Counted from the first letter of the stretch, positions 9,558 to 21,712 are shown. The stretch is DNA of 64,000 nucleotides from Thermodesulfobacteriota bacterium (GCA_965197885.1 OZ240231.1:845501-909500), one strand, 5' to 3'. Numbers and translations are program-made. Notes: generated by a model from the sequence alone, not told the origin.

Positions 9558-10151
9558 CTAACGAGCCGCGCCATAATAATTGGGAAGATCAAGATCCTTT
9601 ATCTCCTTGTTCCTCGCCTTCGCGATTTCTTCGGGAACCTGCAGTTCCGAGAACCCCTTTATAACGGCCATAACGACATTAAGCGGGTTTCTCGATCCTA
9701 CAACCTTGGATAGAACATCGTGTATTCCTGCAAGTTCAACCACCGCGCGCACCGCACCACCTGCTATAACACCCGTACCCGGGGCAGCAGGCAGAAGCAT
9801 AATCTTGCTTGACACATATTGCGTGCGGACTCCGTGGGGTATGGTGGTGCCGTTTCGCGGCACTCTTATAAGGCTTTTCTTGGCTTTCTCAACCGCCTTT
9901 CTGACGGCATCTGGAACCTCGTTTGACTTACCGAGGCCGGCTCCCACAACTCCATCGGAATTTCCGACTACGGCAAGAACGGTAAAGTGAAACCTCTTCC
10001 CCCCCTTGGTCACCTTCGCGACCCTCCTTATATGGACCACTTTTTCCTGTAATTCAAGTTCCGCCGGATCTATTTTATCCTCTGCCAAAATAAGAGCCTC
10101 CTTAAATTTTCTCTTAGAACTCCACTCCCGCCTCGCGGACTCCGTCGGCAA
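9558..10151 (-). CDS. rpsE: 30S ribosomal protein S5 (N-terminal extension; true start uncertain, ORF overlaps rplR by 38 nt)
   Basis: Contains ELQEKVVHIRRVAKVTKGGKRFHFTVLAVVGNSDGVVGAG..GTGVIAGGAVRAVVELAGI. Only 15 nt separate it from rplO, so no rpmD lies between. Confidence 0.93.
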   Translation of the reverse strand: MPTESARREWSSKRKFKEALILAEDKIDPAELELQEKVVHIRRVAKVTKGGKRFHFTVLAVVGNSDGVVGAGLGKSNEVPDAVRKAVEKAKKSLIRVPRNGTTIPHGVRTQYVSSKIMLLPAAPGTGVIAGGAVRAVVELAGIHDVLSKVVGSRNPLNVVMAVIKGFSELQVPEEIAKARNKEIKDLDLPNYYGAAR

Positions 10152-10491
10152 GCGACTTTATCCTTCCGTGGTAAGCGTAGCCCCCTCTGTCAAAACGCAC
10201 CTTGGTTATACCCTTCTCAACGGCCATCTCTCCGAGATGCTTTCCAACCTCTTTAGCAACCTCGGTTTTCTTCATATTCTCCGCAGAAAGCCTCTTTTTC
10301 GTCTCAGAAAACATTGTCGACGCCTGAAGAAGGGTGACTTCCGCAGTATCGTCTATCAGCTGGGCGTATATATGCTTTGCCGAACGGAAAACGGAAACCC
10401 TCGGCACATCCGAGGTACCGCTTATCTTCTTCCTGACAGTCGTGTGTCTTCTTTTACGCGCCAAATTTCTACTTTTCTTCTTTATCATCAC
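10114..10491 (-). CDS. rplR: 50S ribosomal protein L18
   Basis: 125 aa. Contains RKRRHTTVRKKISGTSDVPRVSVFRSAKHIYAQLIDD. Confidence 0.95.
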   Translation of the reverse strand: MMIKKKSRNLARKRRHTTVRKKISGTSDVPRVSVFRSAKHIYAQLIDDTAEVTLLQASTMFSETKKRLSAENMKKTEVAKEVGKHLGEMAVEKGITKVRFDRGGYAYHGRIKSLADGVREAGVEF

Positions 10492-11036
10492 TTAGCCGCT
10501 CCAGCTTTTCCTGGTTTAAGCCTCAACTTCTCATCCTCGTAACGAACACCTTTACCCTTATATGAATCAGGTGGTCTTACCTTTCTTATGCGTGCCGCGG
10601 TCTCCCCCACAAGCTGCTTGTCAATTCCGTGGAGAGAAAGCAGGGTGCCCCGTTCCTCCACAGTCGCCTCTATACCCTTGGGAAGGGGGAAATCAACCGG
10701 ATGAGAGTAACCGAGTGTAAGTCTGAGTTCCGTTTTTCCCACAAGATCCGCCTTGTAACCCGTACCGGTTATGCGAAGGACCTTTTTAAATCCTTCACTA
10801 ACCCCTATTACGGAATTGTTAACTAGGCTTCGCGTAAGACCGTGAAAAGACTTTATTCTTTTCTCGTCGCTCTGTCTGGAGATAACCACAGTTCCATCCT
10901 CAAGCGCAGCTTTTATTCCCTCGGGTACGGGAACTTCTAGGCTCCCTTTAGGCCCTTTGATTTCGATCGCTCCCTGCTTGGGCATCGCCGTTACTCCGTC
11001 GGGAATAACTACCGGTTTTATTCCTATTCTTGACAT
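10488..11036 (-). CDS. rplF: 50S ribosomal protein L6 (start taken at internal MSRIGIKPV)
   Basis: Canonical uL6 N-terminus MSRIGIKPVVIP is at residue 14 of the longer ORF. This start removes the overlap with rpsH. Confidence 0.9.
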   Translation of the reverse strand: MSRIGIKPVVIPDGVTAMPKQGAIEIKGPKGSLEVPVPEGIKAALEDGTVVISRQSDEKRIKSFHGLTRSLVNNSVIGVSEGFKKVLRITGTGYKADLVGKTELRLTLGYSHPVDFPLPKGIEATVEERGTLLSLHGIDKQLVGETAARIRKVRPPDSYKGKGVRYEDEKLRLKPGKAGAAK

Positions 11037-11046
11037 CCGTTTGTCC

Positions 11047-11439
11047 TCAGACCACCGTGCAGAGAATCTCCCCACCTATCTTTTTGTTCCTTGCGGCAAC
11101 CCCGGTCATTATTCCGTTTGAAGTTGAAAGTATTGAAATTCCCATTCCTCCCCTGACCCTTGGAATATCATCTTTGCCCACGTAAACCCTTCTCGATGGT
11201 TTGCTTATTCTCTTTATCTCCTCTACGGCAGCCTTGCCGTCAGGACCGTATTTCAGCTTGATTGTTATGGTTTTCTTTACCCCTTCTTCAGTGACCTTGT
11301 AACTCTCCACGTAGCCTTCCTCGGTAAGAACCTTAGCGATCTCGCCTTTTATAACCGAACCGGGAATCTCGACATGGCCGTGACCCGCCATGAAGGCATT
11401 CCTCACCCTGGTTAACATATCTGCAATCGGATCCGTCAT
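11047..11439 (-). CDS. rpsH: 30S ribosomal protein S8
   Basis: MTDPIADMLTRVRNA N-terminus. 130 aa. Confidence 0.97.
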   Translation of the reverse strand: MTDPIADMLTRVRNAFMAGHGHVEIPGSVIKGEIAKVLTEEGYVESYKVTEEGVKKTITIKLKYGPDGKAAVEEIKRISKPSRRVYVGKDDIPRVRGGMGISILSTSNGIMTGVAARNKKIGGEILCTVV

Positions 11440-11460
11440 TTTTTCTCCAAAATATGTTTC

Positions 11461-11646
11461 TTAAAAACTTGCCTTTCTAACGCCCGGAAGATGTCCCCTG
11501 CTGGCAAGAGACCTGAAACAGACCCTGCAGATACCGAATTTTCTCATGAAACCTCTCGGCCGTCCGCAAAGCCCGCAACGGTTAACCCCACGCACGCGAA
11601 ACTTTGGCTTTCTCTTCGCTTTCTCAAGTAACGCTTTTCTTGCCAT
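11461..11646 (-). CDS. rpsZ: 30S ribosomal protein S14 type Z (zinc-binding, 61 aa)
   Basis: 61 aa with a CGLCGRPRG...CRVCFR four-Cys motif. Sits between rplE and rpsH. Confidence 0.95.
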   Translation of the reverse strand: MARKALLEKAKRKPKFRVRGVNRCGLCGRPRGFMRKFGICRVCFRSLASRGHLPGVRKASF

Positions 11647-11658
11647 AATCCCTCTCTC

Positions 11659-12213
11659 CTAATTATTCACAAACGGCACTCCGAGACGGCTGAGAAGCTC
11701 CATGGCCTCAGTGTCCGTTTTTGAAGTCGTAATCAGACTTACGTTCATTCCCTTGTTGTACTGAACCTTGCTGTAATCTATTTCAGGAAAAACCAGATGC
11801 TCCCTTATCCCCAGAGTATAATTACCCGAACCGTCAAAAGACCGCGGTGAGAGACCCTTAAAATCCCTGACCCTTGGAAGAGCGAGATTCACCAAACGGT
11901 CAAAAAACTCATACATCATCTCCCCCCGAAGCGTAACCATGCAGCCTATTGGCTGGCCTTCTCTGAGTTTGAAACCCGCAACTGACTTGCGCGCCTTTGT
12001 AATCACCGGCCTCTGTCCCGTTATGTCCGCCAGTTCCGAGGCAGCGTTGTCTATTACCTTTGTCTGTCTCCCCGCTTCACTGAGCCTCCCAAGCCCCATG
12101 TTCACCACGATTTTCTCAAGCTTCGGAACCTGCATAACGTTTCCGTAGGAGAACTTTTCAATCAGCGCGGGTATGACCTCGCGCATATACAGAGTCTTTA
12201 TTCTCGGAATCAT
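11659..12213 (-). CDS. rplE: 50S ribosomal protein L5
   Basis: 184 aa. Contains [18 protein letters not shown]. Confidence 0.97.
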   Translation of the reverse strand: MIPRIKTLYMREVIPALIEKFSYGNVMQVPKLEKIVVNMGLGRLSEAGRQTKVIDNAASELADITGQRPVITKARKSVAGFKLREGQPIGCMVTLRGEMMYEFFDRLVNLALPRVRDFKGLSPRSFDGSGNYTLGIREHLVFPEIDYSKVQYNKGMNVSLITTSKTDTEAMELLSRLGVPFVNN

Positions 12214-12217
12214 TTCC

Positions 12218-12547
12218 TCAGATTTCCTTTCCAGTTTTTCTGTTGTATCTCACTTTTCCACCGTCCTCGCCGGTTCTGTGCCCAATCTTTACCGGTGTTC
12301 CACTCTCAGAATCGTACAGCATCAGGTTTGAGACATGGATTCCAGCCTCTTTCTCAATGATGCCACCGCCAGGGTTTTTCTGCGTCGGACGGCTGTGTCT
12401 CTTTATGATATTGAGCTTTTCCACGAAGGCCTTTTCGGCACCCCTGTCAATTCTGAGCACTTTGCCGGTCTTCCCCTTTTCCTTGCCAGCAACTACGTAG
12501 ACCGTATCCCCGGCCCTTATATTAAACTTTCTCTTCCCAGTGGACAT
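12218..12547 (-). CDS. rplX: 50S ribosomal protein L24
   Basis: 109 aa. KOW motif [21 protein letters not shown]. Confidence 0.95.
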   Translation of the reverse strand: MSTGKRKFNIRAGDTVYVVAGKEKGKTGKVLRIDRGAEKAFVEKLNIIKRHSRPTQKNPGGGIIEKEAGIHVSNLMLYDSESGTPVKIGHRTGEDGGKVRYNRKTGKEI

Positions 12548-12549
12548 GT

Positions 12550-12918
12550 TCAGACAACCTCCGGGGCAAGCGAGATGATTTTCATAAAACCCTTGAGCCT
12601 CAGTTCACGAGCTATCGGCCCGAAAACTCTCGTGCCTATGGGTTCGTTTTCCTTGTCTATTATAACGGCGGCGTTATTATCAAAGCGCACATAGGTGCCA
12701 TCGGGCCTTCTCTGTTCCTTTCTCACCCTGACTATTACCGCCTTGTATATATTGCCCTTTTCCACCTTGGACTTCGGAATGGCCTGCTTGACTGAAACTA
12801 CAACCACATCTCCAAGCCGCGCATATTTTCTTCCCGACCCACCCAGGACCTTTATGCAGAACAGCTTTTTGGCCCCTGTGTTATCCGCCGAGTCCAGATA
12901 TGTGCTTGACTGAATCAT
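12550..12918 (-). CDS. rplN: 50S ribosomal protein L14
   Basis: [28 protein letters not shown]. 122 aa. Confidence 0.97.
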   Translation of the reverse strand: MIQSSTYLDSADNTGAKKLFCIKVLGGSGRKYARLGDVVVVSVKQAIPKSKVEKGNIYKAVIVRVRKEQRRPDGTYVRFDNNAAVIIDKENEPIGTRVFGPIARELRLKGFMKIISLAPEVV

Positions 12919-12965
12919 TTATTTTCTTGTTTTCTCCCGTCGTCCGCGGAATCAAAAACCCTGCC

Positions 12966-13226
12966 TTATGCGCTTGCGACCTGAGTGACCACCTTGCTTA
13001 GTCTCCACCTTTTGGTCTTGCTGTGGGGCCTTGACTCCATTATTTCCACCTTGTCTCCGATGTTGCATTCGTTGCGCTCGTCATGGACCTTAAATAGCCT
13101 GCTGACCCTTATCTGCTTTTTGTACCGACCGTGACTCTTTGTCCGCTGTACTTCTACAACCGCAGTCTTGTCCATTTTGTTACCTACCACAACCCCCGTT
13201 TTCGTCTTTAACTTTCCTCTTTCCAT
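12966..13226 (-). CDS. rpsQ: 30S ribosomal protein S17
   Basis: 86 aa. Contains KTGVVVGNKMDKTAVVEVQR. Confidence 0.95.
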   Translation of the reverse strand: MERGKLKTKTGVVVGNKMDKTAVVEVQRTKSHGRYKKQIRVSRLFKVHDERNECNIGDKVEIMESRPHSKTKRWRLSKVVTQVASA

Positions 13227-13230
13227 AGAA

Positions 13231-13437
13231 TCAATTCTCCGAGGCGATATCCCGCTGTTTTGTTATGGTAAGTATCCTCGCAATCTCCCTTTTTAGCTGT
13301 TTTATCCTCGCGTTGTTCGGGTTCTGCCCGGTAGCAACCTGTATTCTGACATTGAAAAGCTCTTCGATCACATCACGGTGGCGCTTGCGCAGTTCCTCGG
13401 GCGTGAGGTTTCTGAGTTCTTCTGCATTTGTTGCCAT
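13231..13437 (-). CDS. rpmC: 50S ribosomal protein L29
   Basis: 68 aa. Contains ELRNLTPEELRKRHRDVIEELFNVRIQ. Confidence 0.93.
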   Translation of the reverse strand: MATNAEELRNLTPEELRKRHRDVIEELFNVRIQVATGQNPNNARIKQLKREIARILTITKQRDIASEN

Positions 13438-13859
13438 CAGATAAACTCCTGCTCGCTTCTGGTTACTATCCTAGTTCTAAGAGGAAGCTTATAGGAAGCA
13501 AGCCTTAAGGCTGAGCGTGCAAGTTCTTCACTTACTCCCGATATTTCGTAAAGAAACTGTCCTCTTTTTACCGGCGCCACGTAACCGTCTACATCCCCCT
13601 TGCCCTTTCCCATCCTGGTCTCGGCAGGTTTTTTGGTAACGGGTTTATAGGGAAATATTCTTATCCAGAGGTGCGCTCCTCTTTTCACGTGTCTTGTAAT
13701 CGCAATACGAGCAGCTTCTATCTGCCTTGAGGTGATCATCCCGTTCTCCACGGTCTGAAGCGCAAGATCACCGAAGGCAAACTTCGTCCCCCGGGTTGCA
13801 GCTCCTCTGTTCCTTCCCTTGAACTGTTTTCTGTACTTTGTCTTTTTAGGCTGAAGCAT
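13437..13859 (-). CDS. rplP: 50S ribosomal protein L16
   Basis: [17 protein letters not shown]-terminus. 140 aa. Confidence 0.97.
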   Translation of the reverse strand: MLQPKKTKYRKQFKGRNRGAATRGTKFAFGDLALQTVENGMITSRQIEAARIAITRHVKRGAHLWIRIFPYKPVTKKPAETRMGKGKGDVDGYVAPVKRGQFLYEISGVSEELARSALRLASYKLPLRTRIVTRSEQEFI

Positions 13860-14559
13860 CGGTATCTATATTCTCAGGGGCCTTGTTCGCCCTCCCCTTT
13901 ACCTTTTTCTGTATTATCTCGCCTTTGAATATCCAGACCTTTACACCTATTACTCCGTATGTAGTCGACGCTTCGGCAACCCCGTAGTCGAGGTCTGCGC
14001 GGAGCGTTGCCAATGGCACTCTTCCTTCCCTGTACCACTCCCTTCTCGCTATTTCGGCTCCGCCGAGACGCCCGGAGACCATAACTTTTATCCCGAGAAC
14101 CCCAGCTCGAATGGAGGAGGAAAGCACCCTTTTCATGGCCCTTCTGTACGCAACCCTTCTTTCAAGCTGAAGGGCAAGGTTTTCCGAGACGAGCTGCGCG
14201 TCAGTTTCGGGCCTCTTTACTTCCCTTATATCAAGAAATATGCCTTTCCCGGTCATCCCCTGGAGTTTTTTCTTCAGTTGCTCTATCTCCTGGCCTTTCC
14301 TTCCTATGATGATCCCGGGCCTTGCCGCGTACACCAAAATCCTGACCTTGTCCGCCGCGGCCCTCTCAATCTCAATGTTCGAGATAGCCGCCTGATAAAA
14401 GGTCTTCTTTATGTAGTTGCGAATTTCTATATCCTCTTTGAGCAAGGATCTGTACATCTGTTTTTCGGCAAACCACCTGGAGTCCCACGACCTGGTTATT
14501 CCAATGCGAAATCCTATAGGATTAATTTTCTGGCCCAATTCAGAATCCCCTCTGTTCAA
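13846..14559 (-). CDS. rpsC: 30S ribosomal protein S3
   Basis: 237 aa. KH domain, [17 protein letters not shown]. Confidence 0.97.
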   Translation of the reverse strand: MNRGDSELGQKINPIGFRIGITRSWDSRWFAEKQMYRSLLKEDIEIRNYIKKTFYQAAISNIEIERAAADKVRILVYAARPGIIIGRKGQEIEQLKKKLQGMTGKGIFLDIREVKRPETDAQLVSENLALQLERRVAYRRAMKRVLSSSIRAGVLGIKVMVSGRLGGAEIARREWYREGRVPLATLRADLDYGVAEASTTYGVIGVKVWIFKGEIIQKKVKGRANKAPENIDTDASA

Positions 14560-14878
14560 GTATTATCGTTATGTGACTCATACTGCTTTTACGGGCAAAA
14601 GCCCTTCCCATCGCTCTGGCCCGAAAACGTTTCAGTGTTGGGCCCTGCGTTGCATAGATTTCCTTTATGTAAAGGGCATCTATATCGCTGTATCCTTTTT
14701 CAGAGGCGTTGGCAACAGCCGACTTCAGCAGCTTCGAAATCAGCGGTGAGACCCTCTTGCGGGCAGAAAGAAGAATCGATGAAGCTTCCTCAACACCCTT
14801 GCCTCTTACGAGGTCAAGCACCACTCTGGCCTTCTTCGGCGATACTCTAGCATATTTATGTACTGCTTTAGAAACCAT
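14540..14878 (-). CDS. rplV: 50S ribosomal protein L22
   Basis: 112 aa. Contains [19 protein letters not shown]. Confidence 0.95.
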   Translation of the reverse strand: MVSKAVHKYARVSPKKARVVLDLVRGKGVEEASSILLSARKRVSPLISKLLKSAVANASEKGYSDIDALYIKEIYATQGPTLKRFRARAMGRAFARKSSMSHITIILEQRGF

Positions 14879-14898
14879 TTGTTATCTCTCTGTTATTA

Positions 14899-15177
14899 CT
14901 ATCTCTTTTTGGCTTTCCTGTCACCCGAGTGACCATGATAAGTCCTTGTGGGAGAAAACTCGCCCAGTTTATGCCCAACCATCTGTTCGGATACGAATAC
15001 GGGGACAAATCTCTTTCCGTTGTAAACCGCGAAAGTCATTCCTATCATCTCTGGTATTATCATTGAGGCTCTTGACCAGGTCTTGATAATTCTCTGACTT
15101 CCGGAACTCTGCGCCTGCTCAACTTTCTTCATAAGTTTTTCGTGTACGTACAGTCCCTTTTTACTTGATCTTGCCAT
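14899..15177 (-). CDS. rpsS: 30S ribosomal protein S19
   Basis: 92 aa. [15 protein letters not shown] and [13 protein letters not shown]. Confidence 0.97.
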   Translation of the reverse strand: MARSSKKGLYVHEKLMKKVEQAQSSGSQRIIKTWSRASMIIPEMIGMTFAVYNGKRFVPVFVSEQMVGHKLGEFSPTRTYHGHSGDRKAKKR

Positions 15178-15192
15178 CCGAAGCTCCCGCGA

Positions 15193-16041
15193 TTAATCCA
15201 TTCCGTAGCCAATTCTTCTTGGCTTAACTATATATTTGTCCATTCTCTTGTTGTTTCTCGTCTTTTTTCCTATTGTAATCCAACCCCAAGGGGAAACAGG
15301 ATGAGGATTTCCCTTGGCCGCTTTGCCTTCTCCTCCCCCATGGGGATGATCAACCGGGTTCATAGCCACCCCGCGAACTGTCGGCCTTACCCCCTTGTGA
15401 CGTGATCTTCCGGCCTTGCCCCACACTATAAGCTCGTTTTCAGCGTTCCCGATTCTTCCTACGGTAGCCATGCACTTCAGGTGAACAAGTCTTATTTCGC
15501 CAGAAGCGAGTTTTATCTGGGCGTAGTTGCCGTCTTTTGCGGCAATCTGTGCAGATGAACCGGCGGAGCGGATTAGCTTTCCTCCGCCTCCAGGTCTCAT
15601 TTCTATATTGTGAACAACTGTACCCACAGGAATATTTTCTATGGGAAGAGCATTTCCGCTTGAAATCTCTACCCCGGGTCCGGAATTCAACTCATCACCC
15701 ACTTTAAGGCCCGCAGGGGCTATAATATATCTTTTTTCACCGTCAGCGTAGGTCAGAAGCGCAATTCTAGCCGAGCGATACGGATCATACTCCAGCGAGA
15801 CTACTCTGGCAGGTACGCCGTGCTTGTTCCTTTTGAAATCTATTATTCTGTAACGTCTCTTGTGACCGCCGCCTTTTCTGAAGCTGGTAATTCTTCCATC
15901 TGAGTTGCGTCCAGAGCTTTTTTTAAGTGAGACAGTAAGGGACTTGTGGGGCGTTTTGGAGGTTATTTCCTCAAAATCAAACCCGGACATAAACCTTCTT
16001 CCCGGAGATGTGGGGTTATATTTTTTTACTCCCATGATCAA
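15193..16041 (-). CDS. rplB: 50S ribosomal protein L2
   Basis: 282 aa. Contains [19 protein letters not shown] and [18 protein letters not shown]. Confidence 0.97.
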   Translation of the reverse strand: MIMGVKKYNPTSPGRRFMSGFDFEEITSKTPHKSLTVSLKKSSGRNSDGRITSFRKGGGHKRRYRIIDFKRNKHGVPARVVSLEYDPYRSARIALLTYADGEKRYIIAPAGLKVGDELNSGPGVEISSGNALPIENIPVGTVVHNIEMRPGGGGKLIRSAGSSAQIAAKDGNYAQIKLASGEIRLVHLKCMATVGRIGNAENELIVWGKAGRSRHKGVRPTVRGVAMNPVDHPHGGGEGKAAKGNPHPVSPWGWITIGKKTRNNKRMDKYIVKPRRIGYGMD

Positions 16042-16325
16042 ACTCCCTCAAACAGGTTGATTTCTCCTTCTCTGAGTTTCACGTAAGCCTTTTTAACCGC
16101 TGATCTCTTTCCCACAACCCTGCCGAATCTTTTCACTCTTTTTCCAGGAAGTACAAGTGTTCTTACTCTGTCCACCTTGACGCCGAAAATCTTCTCAATT
16201 GAGTCCTGTATCTCTTTCTTATTGCACCTTCTGTCGACGGAAAAAACATACCAGCCGTTTTCTCTGGCTTCGGTGCTTTTCTCAGTCACTATCGGAAGTT
16301 TTATGATCGAGCGAGGATCTTTCAT
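16038..16325 (-). CDS. rplW: 50S ribosomal protein L23
   Basis: 95 aa. Sits between rplD and rplB. Start overlaps the rplD stop. Confidence 0.93.
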   Translation of the reverse strand: MKDPRSIIKLPIVTEKSTEARENGWYVFSVDRRCNKKEIQDSIEKIFGVKVDRVRTLVLPGKRVKRFGRVVGKRSAVKKAYVKLREGEINLFEGV

Positions 16326-16942
16326 GAAAGTCTCTCCTGAATTTTTTCAACCGAATCCCGCACAATGACTATGTTCTTGTGCCTAAGCAGATCGTAGACA
16401 TTGAGTCCTTCATCTACCAGAACCTTTACGTCGGGTATGTTCCTTGCAGACTTACGGAGATTCTCGTTATCCGAACCGACAACCACAAGGGCTTTGGAAA
16501 ATTCGAAATCCTTCATGAATTTCGCCACCTGTCTGGTTTTTATTTCCGGAAGCTCTAAATTGTCGAGCACAACTATGGCACCTTCGCCGAAACGGCTTGA
16601 AAGAGCGGAAACAAGCGCCCCTTTTCTTACCTTTTTCGGAATTGAGTAAGACCAGTCTTTAGGCTTTGGTCCGAAAGTCACTCCACCCTTGCGCCAGATC
16701 GGAGAACGTCTGGATCCCGCCCTTGCGCGACCCGTGTGTTTCTGTTTCCAAGGCTTTGCCCCGCCACCGCGGACTTCACCTCTTGTTTTGGTGGACGCAG
16801 TCCCGGCCCTTTTTTTGGCAAGCTGCCAGTTAACGACTTCATGAAGCAGGTGCTTTTTCACCGGAGCTTCAAAGATCTCGGAGCGAAGCTCAATCGTTCC
16901 CACTTTTTTCCTGGCGATGTCGTATACATCAACTTGAAGCAT
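16322..16942 (-). CDS. rplD: 50S ribosomal protein L4
   Basis: 206 aa. Contains KPWKQKHTGRARAGSRRSPIWRKGGVTFGPKP. Confidence 0.95.
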   Translation of the reverse strand: MLQVDVYDIARKKVGTIELRSEIFEAPVKKHLLHEVVNWQLAKKRAGTASTKTRGEVRGGGAKPWKQKHTGRARAGSRRSPIWRKGGVTFGPKPKDWSYSIPKKVRKGALVSALSSRFGEGAIVVLDNLELPEIKTRQVAKFMKDFEFSKALVVVGSDNENLRKSARNIPDVKVLVDEGLNVYDLLRHKNIVIVRDSVEKIQERLS

Positions 16943-17573
16943 TTTTCGCCCCCTTTGACGTGTACCGGAGAAAAACCGTTCCTCCCACAGGGCCCGGAAC
17001 TGATCCCTTTACGAAAAGAAGGTTTCTCTCAACATCTATATCGACTACCTTGACACCCTGAACCGTTACATTCTTTCCACCCATGCGCCCTGGCATTTTT
17101 ATGCCTTTCCACACCTTGGCCGGGTATGAAGCCTGTCCTATAGAACCAGGTCTTCTGTGGGCCATACCACCGTGGGACATCGGTTGTCTTGAAAAATTGT
17201 GGCGTTTTATGGCTCCGGCAAACCCCTTGCCCTTGCTTTTAGCGGTGACATCAAGAACGTCTCCTACCTTGAAAATGTCAACCTTTACCACATCCCCTAT
17301 GTTGTAATCTTCAACTGTGGCGGAGAACTCTCTGAGTTTCGCGGTGGGATTCACCCCGGCTTTCGCGAAATGTCCCTTCATGGGGCGCGTAACCCGCTGA
17401 GGCTTTACATCTTCAAACCCGAGCTGGATGGCATCGTAGCCGTCTGAGTCCTTGGTTTTTTTAGAAACCACGGGGCATGGACCCACTTCAACGACGGTAG
17501 TGATGACCTTCACCATATCGTCGTTGAAAAACTCGGTCATCCCCCTTTTTCTTCCTATAAGTCCCTGAATCAT
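16929..17573 (-). CDS. rplC: 50S ribosomal protein L3
   Basis: 214 aa. Contains [13 protein letters not shown] and [20 protein letters not shown]. Confidence 0.97.
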   Translation of the reverse strand: MIQGLIGRKRGMTEFFNDDMVKVITTVVEVGPCPVVSKKTKDSDGYDAIQLGFEDVKPQRVTRPMKGHFAKAGVNPTAKLREFSATVEDYNIGDVVKVDIFKVGDVLDVTAKSKGKGFAGAIKRHNFSRQPMSHGGMAHRRPGSIGQASYPAKVWKGIKMPGRMGGKNVTVQGVKVVDIDVERNLLFVKGSVPGPVGGTVFLRYTSKGAKNASS

Positions 17574-17577
17574 ATTT

Positions 17578-17898
17578 TTACGAGCCCGTAAGTTTTATCT
17601 CCACTTCCACACCCGAAGCAAGATTTAGTTTCATAAGTTCGTCTATCGTCTGCTGGGTAGGTTCAAGTATGTCTACAAGCCTTTTATGCGTTCTTATTTC
17701 AAAATGTTCTCTCGAGTTCTTGTTCACATGAGGACCACGCAGCACACAGTACCTGTTTATACTGGTGGGAAGCGGAACCGGACCGGCTATCCTCGCACCG
17801 GTTCTCTTGGCGGTATCAACAATCTCCTCCGTTGAATTATCAAGAAGCTTGTAGTCAAAAGACTTAAGCTTTATTCTTATTTTCGAAGCTTTACCCAT
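17578..17898 (-). CDS. rpsJ: 30S ribosomal protein S10
   Basis: 106 aa. Contains [14 protein letters not shown] and [13 protein letters not shown]. Its ATG overlaps the tuf stop (TAATG). Confidence 0.97.
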   Translation of the reverse strand: MGKASKIRIKLKSFDYKLLDNSTEEIVDTAKRTGARIAGPVPLPTSINRYCVLRGPHVNKNSREHFEIRTHKRLVDILEPTQQTIDELMKLNLASGVEVEIKLTGS

Positions 17899-19082
17899 TA
17901 TTCAATGATTTCGGTTACTACACCCGCTCCTACGGTTCTTCCACCCTCTCTTATCGCAAAACGAAGCTGCTCCTCCATCGCCACAGGCGCTATCAACTCC
18001 ACCTCCATGCTCACGTTGTCCCCCGGCATTACCATCTCCACCCCCTCCGGCAATATCACTGATCCCGTTACATCCGTTGTCCTTAAATAAAACTGCGGCC
18101 GATACCCAGGGAAAAACGGCGTGTGCCTTCCCCCCTCCTCCTTCTTCAACACATATACCTCAGCCTTAAACTTCCTGTGAGGCTTTATACTCCCAGGAGC
18201 CGACAAGACCTGACCCCTCTCAACCTCATCCTTCCCTATCCCCCTCAACAACACTCCCACATTGTCCCCCGCCTGCGCGTCATCCAGTATCTTCCTGAAC
18301 ATCTCCAAACTAGTAGCCACTGTCTTAGTCGTCTCTTTAAACCCTACTATCTCTATCTCCTTCCCCGCTACTATCCTCCCCCTCTCCACTCTCCCGGTTA
18401 CCACCGTGCCCCGCCCAGATATCGTGAACACATCCTCTATCGCCATCAAAAACGGCTTGTCCATCTCCCTCTTAGGCTCAGGTATGTATCCGTCTATGCT
18501 GTCCATTAACTCAACTATCTGCTCCGCTGCTCCTCCATCCCCCTCTATCGCCTTAAGCGCGCTTACCTTCACTACAGGTACGTCGTCCCCAGGAAATCCG
18601 TACTCACTCAACAACTCCCTTATCTCAAGCTCCACCAGCTCAAGCAACTCCTCGTCATCCAGCAGGTCAACCTTGTTAAGCGCCACCACTATGTACGGCA
18701 CTCCTACCTGCCTCGCTAGCAGTATGTGCTCCCTTGTCTGCGGCATAGGCCCGTCAGGCGCACTCACCACCAGCACCGCACCGTCCATCTGCGCCGCACC
18801 CGTTATCATGTTCTTTATGTAGTCTGCGTGCCCAGGACAGTCAACATGCGCGTAGTGCCTCCCGGCTGTCTCATACTCCACGTGCGCTATGTTTATCGTT
18901 ATCCCCCTCTCCCTCTCTTCCGGAGCCTTGTCTATGTTGTCAAACTCCACGTACTCCGCCTGTCCCTTCTTCGATAATATGTTCGTTATCGCCGCCGTTA
19001 ACGTCGTCTTCCCATGATCCACATGCCCTATCGTCCCTATGTTTAAATGCGGCTTCCCCCTCTCAAATCTTGCCTTAGACAT
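17898..19082 (-). CDS. tuf: elongation factor Tu
   Basis: 394 aa. Contains [14 protein letters not shown] and DCPGHADY. C-terminal beta-barrel domains present. Confidence 0.98.
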   Translation of the reverse strand: MSKARFERGKPHLNIGTIGHVDHGKTTLTAAITNILSKKGQAEYVEFDNIDKAPEERERGITINIAHVEYETAGRHYAHVDCPGHADYIKNMITGAAQMDGAVLVVSAPDGPMPQTREHILLARQVGVPYIVVALNKVDLLDDEELLELVELEIRELLSEYGFPGDDVPVVKVSALKAIEGDGGAAEQIVELMDSIDGYIPEPKREMDKPFLMAIEDVFTISGRGTVVTGRVERGRIVAGKEIEIVGFKETTKTVATSLEMFRKILDDAQAGDNVGVLLRGIGKDEVERGQVLSAPGSIKPHRKFKAEVYVLKKEEGGRHTPFFPGYRPQFYLRTTDVTGSVILPEGVEMVMPGDNVSMEVELIAPVAMEEQLRFAIREGGRTVGAGVVTEIIE

Positions 19083-19120
19083 TCCTTGTTGACCTCCTTG
19101 TTAAAAAGAACATGAAAATA

Positions 19121-21244
19121 TCAGCTGACATTGGCTGTCTGTTTTAACTCCTCGGCGATGTTGGCAGGCAGGGCAAAATAATGGGAAAATTCCATGGTGA
19201 ACAATCCCCGCCCTTCAGTCATTGACCTTAAGTTAGTTGCGTAACCGAACATTTCGCCAAGCGGAACTTCCGCTTTCACCGCCTGCAAAGCGCCTCTCAT
19301 CTCCGTACTGCTCACCCTCCCCCGCCTCGAACTGAGATCACCTATAACGGTTCCCATGTGAGGTTCTGGAATAATCACCTCAAGCTTCATTACGGGTTCA
19401 AGGACAACCGGAGAAGATTTATGAACCGCTTCCTTAAATGCCATGGAACCTGCGATCTTAAAGGCAATCTCTGAGGAGTCGACATCGTGAAAAGAACCGT
19501 CGTAAAGCGTGACTGCAACGTCAACAACCGGATATCCAAATACAACGCCAGTCTCCATCGCCTCAACTATCCCCTTCTGCACTGCGGGAATAAACTCCTT
19601 TGGAATCGCTCCTCCCTTTATCCTATCGTGGAACTGAAATCCTTCGCCCCTTTCAAGAGGCTCAACTCTTATCTTCACATGGCCGTACTGACCGCGCCCG
19701 CCGGTCTGTCTTATGTATTTTCCTTCGGTTTGGGAGGCGGACGTTATCGTTTCTCTGTATGCGACCTGAGGCTTTCCGACATTTGCATCAACCTTGAACT
19801 CTCTTCTAAGCCGGTCCACGATTATCTCAAGGTGAAGCTCTCCCATGCCGGAAATAACCGTCTGCCGGGTCTCCTCATCGGTTTTCACCTTGAAGGAAGG
19901 ATCCTCCATGACAAGCTTGCTCAGGGAAAGACCGAGTTTTTCCTGATCGGCGTTTGACTTTGGCTCTATGGCAATCGAAATGACCGGATCGGATATATAA
20001 AGGCTCTCAAGAACCACTGGGTTCGAATCCGAGCACAGGGTATCGCCAGTAAGGGTGTTTTTGAGCCCTACGGCAGCCGCTATGCCCCCGGCCTCAATTT
20101 CTTTTATGTCCTCGCGTTTATCTGCGTGCATGCGAAGAAGTCTTCCGATTTTTTCGTTTTTAAGGTTGGATGAATTGTAAACCGTGGTGCCTGATTTAAG
20201 TTTTCCGGAATAGATCCGAAGGTAGGTGAGCTGTCCGACGAAAGGATCCGACATGATCTTAAACGCAAGTGCGGAAAAAGGGTCGTTCTTGTCCGGAGTT
20301 CTCTTGACTTCCTCTTCGGTTCTGGGATGAATGCCCTTTATCGGAGGCAGGTCTATGGGAGCCGGCATGTATTCCACAACGGCATCGAGCAGCAGCTGAA
20401 CTCCCTTGTTCTTAAAAGCCGACCCCAGCATCACGGGTATTATGGTCGCGTCAATTGTCTGTCGTCTTATGGATTTTCGGATCATCTCTTCCGGAACATC
20501 TTCTCCGTCGAGATAAAGCTCCATTATTCCCTCGTCATTATCGGAAAGGGCTTCAAGGAGTTTTTCTCTGTATTCAGCCGCGCGCGGCTTTGTGTCTTCG
20601 GGAATATCGATGAATTCAAATTTGGCCCCAAGACTCTCCCCGTCCCACACAGCCATTTCCATCCTTATGATGTCAACTATCCCAGTGAAGTCATCACCGT
20701 CAAACCACGGAACCTGAAGACACACCGGATTAGCGTTAAGTCTCTCCTCTATCTGGTCCACAACCCTGTAAAAATCCGCCCCGACCCTGTCCATCTTGTT
20801 CACAAAACACATTCTCGGAACAGAGTAACGATCGGCCTGCCCCCACACGGTCTCAGTCTGAGGCTCAACTCCGCCCACGCAGTCAAACACCACCACCGCA
20901 CCGTCAAGCACCTTGAGCGATCTTTCGACCTCTATGGTGAAATCAACGTGGCCGGGTGTGTCTATAATGTTTATCCTGCAGTCTTTCCAGAAACACGTAG
21001 TGGTGGCGGAAGTGATGGTGATACCCCTTTCGCGTTCCTGCTCCATCCAGTCCATAGTCGCCGCGCCTTCGTGCACCTCGCCTATCTTGTAGGTTATGCC
21101 TGTATAGAACAGTATCCTTTCAGTAGTGGTGGTCTTGCCAGCGTCTATGTGGGCAACTATTCCGATGTTTCTTACCCTGTCTATGGGAAATACCTGTTCT
21201 GACACCTTAATCCTCCGGAGGGAATTACCACCTGTAGTGGGCAA
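19121..21244 (-). CDS. fusA: elongation factor G
   Basis: 707 aa. Contains [15 protein letters not shown] and DTPGHVDFT. Sits in str-operon context after rpsG. Confidence 0.98.
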   Translation of the reverse strand: MPTTGGNSLRRIKVSEQVFPIDRVRNIGIVAHIDAGKTTTTERILFYTGITYKIGEVHEGAATMDWMEQERERGITITSATTTCFWKDCRINIIDTPGHVDFTIEVERSLKVLDGAVVVFDCVGGVEPQTETVWGQADRYSVPRMCFVNKMDRVGADFYRVVDQIEERLNANPVCLQVPWFDGDDFTGIVDIIRMEMAVWDGESLGAKFEFIDIPEDTKPRAAEYREKLLEALSDNDEGIMELYLDGEDVPEEMIRKSIRRQTIDATIIPVMLGSAFKNKGVQLLLDAVVEYMPAPIDLPPIKGIHPRTEEEVKRTPDKNDPFSALAFKIMSDPFVGQLTYLRIYSGKLKSGTTVYNSSNLKNEKIGRLLRMHADKREDIKEIEAGGIAAAVGLKNTLTGDTLCSDSNPVVLESLYISDPVISIAIEPKSNADQEKLGLSLSKLVMEDPSFKVKTDEETRQTVISGMGELHLEIIVDRLRREFKVDANVGKPQVAYRETITSASQTEGKYIRQTGGRGQYGHVKIRVEPLERGEGFQFHDRIKGGAIPKEFIPAVQKGIVEAMETGVVFGYPVVDVAVTLYDGSFHDVDSSEIAFKIAGSMAFKEAVHKSSPVVLEPVMKLEVIIPEPHMGTVIGDLSSRRGRVSSTEMRGALQAVKAEVPLGEMFGYATNLRSMTEGRGLFTMEFSHYFALPANIAEELKQTANVS

Positions 21245-21695
21245 AGGCCCTGTTGGCCTCGGCCATTCTGTGAATGTCCTCTTTTCTCTTTACCGCGCTG
21301 CCCCTGTTGTTATGGGCATCGATTATCTCTGAAGAAAGCTTGTCTATCATCGATTTTTCCGATCTTGAGCGGGAGGAGTTTATAAGCCACCTGATCCCGA
21401 GAGACTGCCTTCTAAAAGAACTCACTTCCATAGGAACTTGGTAGTTGGCTCCGCCGACGCGTCTTGACCTTACCTCAACCGCGGGCTTTATCTTGTCAAG
21501 AGCATCAAGAAAGACCTCCAGGGGGTCTTTTCCGGTTTTTTCCCTTATCCTGTCAAGAGAACCGTAGAAAATTTTTTCCGCCTTGCTCTTTTTGCCGTCG
21601 TACATGAGGCTGTTTATGAACTTGGCGACTATCGGATCTCCGGTTCTTGAATCCGGGGTCAGTTTTCTTCTCGCTACCCTACCTTTTCTCGGCAT
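21225..21695 (-). CDS. rpsG: 30S ribosomal protein S7
   Basis: 156 aa. [16 protein letters not shown]-terminus and ...[10 protein letters not shown]-terminus. Confidence 0.97.
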   Translation of the reverse strand: MPRKGRVARRKLTPDSRTGDPIVAKFINSLMYDGKKSKAEKIFYGSLDRIREKTGKDPLEVFLDALDKIKPAVEVRSRRVGGANYQVPMEVSSFRRQSLGIRWLINSSRSRSEKSMIDKLSSEIIDAHNNRGSAVKRKEDIHRMAEANRAFAHYRW

Positions 21696-21712
21696 CTTCT
21701 GATTCCCGCCCG

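Noticed and set aside
17905-18977. Multiple plus-strand ORFs (61-186 aa) inside tuf
   Set aside because: Antisense to EF-Tu. Their Pro/Ser/Thr-rich low-complexity translations arise from the complementary strand of a codon-biased gene.
20327-21202. 291-aa plus-strand ORF inside fusA
   Set aside because: It lies antisense to the highly conserved EF-G coding sequence. The translation (His/Arg/Pro-rich) has no recognisable domain, and is typical of spurious antisense ORFs in GC-balanced genes.
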